NCBI GenBank assembly: GCA_964291415.2
Contig: OZ219920.1
Coordinates: forward strand, 736,001 to 800,000
DNA length: 64,000 bases
From: Alphaproteobacteria bacterium
Lineage (GTDB): Bacteria; Pseudomonadota; Alphaproteobacteria; SP197
Reading direction: 5' to 3'
The notes beneath the pieces are model-generated. The model ran no database searches. It saw nothing but the letters and a program-made list of their open reading frames with translations, and was not told where the DNA came from. The position numbers and the translations under genes are program-made. Below are positions 62,855 to 64,000 of the stretch, piece after piece (within the stretch, counting starts at the first letter, position 1; the number at the start of each line of letters is the position of its first letter).

Positions 62855-63161
62855 CAAAAATGCAGGTATTGAGGGTCTGATAGGGGGGCAGAGAGGGCGA
62901 CCGCAGAAGGGGTCGTGCCCGCGCCGCGCCAGGGCAGGGCGTCCACGACCAGCTGTCCATGGCAAGCGAAAGTGCAACACGTCAGGCGGCATCAATTCCG
63001 ACTGAAAATTGCGCACTTTCGGTGATCGAGAATCTCTCACTGTGGCTCGGTGCGAGGCGCCGGCGGCAGGGCAACGAAGGACCGGCCCGGCTCGGGAAAG
63101 GACGGGCAAAGGCCATCCGGTGTCGTCAGGGACGGTATCCCTTCAAAAACGCAGGTATCGA
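62855..63161. repeat. 18-bp imperfect direct repeat upstream of the autotransporter
   Basis: CAAAAATGCAGGTATTGA (62855-62872) and CAAAAACGCAGGTATCGA (63144-63161), 16/18 identical. Confidence 0.6.
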
Positions 63162-63371
63162 CCTGAACGGCACACAAGAAATCTGGCGCGAGAGGCGCCC
63201 GATTCAGGCCGGCCGCTCAACTGTCGGCTGGCTGGGCACCGAAAGACCGGCAACAGGGAGGCCTTGCGGTGCGTGGCGCTTCATGCGTGTGACGCTACCG
63301 GCGACGTCCCGGTGTCGGACGGTCGCCAACCCGCGCTGCATGCGGATTCTCGCTCAACGTGGATGTCATGG

Positions 63372-63680
63372 GGCCGGGTTCGAAAGCGGATGGCGTCGAT
63401 GATCGCGGCCATCGGGGAAGGCCGTTGCGTACGGGACATGCTTTGCGAGCGGGGCGCCTGCCAGGACGAGACCGCTGAGCGCCCCCGCGACATCGCCATC
63501 GTCTGTCGCCGCATGGTCTGGCGCGTCGCCGGGGCGGCCGGCGCCATCCAGGGGCTGATCGGGCGCGTCGTCGTCACACCCGGCACGTGGCGCTTCACGG
63601 CGTCATCCTCGAAGGGGCCGGGACGAGAGCGAGCGACACACCGCGGAACGGAATGTCGGTCCCGGTGGCGGCGAGAGCCC
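63372..63680 (+). pseudogene. Decayed C-terminal remnant of a large serine recombinase
   Basis: RVRKRMASMIAAIGEG.CVRDM…CQDE..ER…DIAIVCRRMV…AAGAIQGLIGRVVVTPG, then after a frameshift ALHG.ILE…DTPRNGMSVPVAA; resembles alphaproteobacterial recombinase tails as recalled. Confidence 0.5.
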
Positions 63681-64000
63681 TCTTCGATCCCTGTCGAGCG
63701 CGTTCCGAGTGGCGTGCGAGCAGGGCATCCCATCGGGATGGACGACGATGCAGGATCCCTGGACCGGTTGCGGGTTCGGCCGTGGCGCCGACGGTCCGTT
63801 GCGGCGCTTGACGGGTGGCGTCGCCGGCGGATCATGGGACGGCGAGACGGGGAGTGCGGGTGATGTACCAGACGAACACCAGGGTCGATGCGGTCCAGGC
63901 GCCGCCGATACCGGAGGCCTGGACATGGGTCGAGGGCGTGGAACTGGCGGAGCCTCTGATCGATGTCTGCCAGGCGGTCCCGGCATCTCCTCCGCCTGAC

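Noticed and set aside
63060-63140. c-di-GMP-I riboswitch-like fragments (GGCAA…GAAA…GCAAAG)
   Set aside because: Stems and spacing do not fit the consensus, and the strand is opposite to the adhesin

Overview
High-GC chromosomal window of an alphaproteobacterium, probably Rhodospirillales-like and possibly a host- or sponge-associated lineage; both calls are inferences from gene content. Housekeeping part: ilvB(partial)-ilvN-ilvC, mreBCD-mrdA-rodA, tRNA-Lys(CTT), a Rieske oxygenase, betA, and two complete CIRCE-regulated groESL operons about 11 kb apart. These operons bracket an atypical his cluster (long-form hisG-hisB-hisH-hisF plus a HisA-HisI-HisE triple fusion) and an mtnA-CMD-divergent hisD operon. 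Next come a polyamine-type ABC transporter, dsbE/tlpA/ccdA, a hipBA-like toxin-antitoxin pair, an iodotyrosine-deiodinase homolog, a Liv-type ABC cluster with an embedded acyl-CoA synthetase, several orphan substrate-binding proteins, a Sel1 protein and a molybdoenzyme. The right end holds an adhesin/autotransporter of about 1,700 aa broken by five frameshifts. Its C-terminal barrel appears to have about 18 rather than 12 beta-strands, and it is directly followed by a TbpB/Slam-cargo-like lipoprotein with no Slam gene in the window. This pair is the best candidate for an undescribed secretion/surface system. A decayed serine-recombinase tail lies just upstream of it. All calls are from reading motifs by eye; no database searches were run. 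Several frameshifts may be assembly errors.
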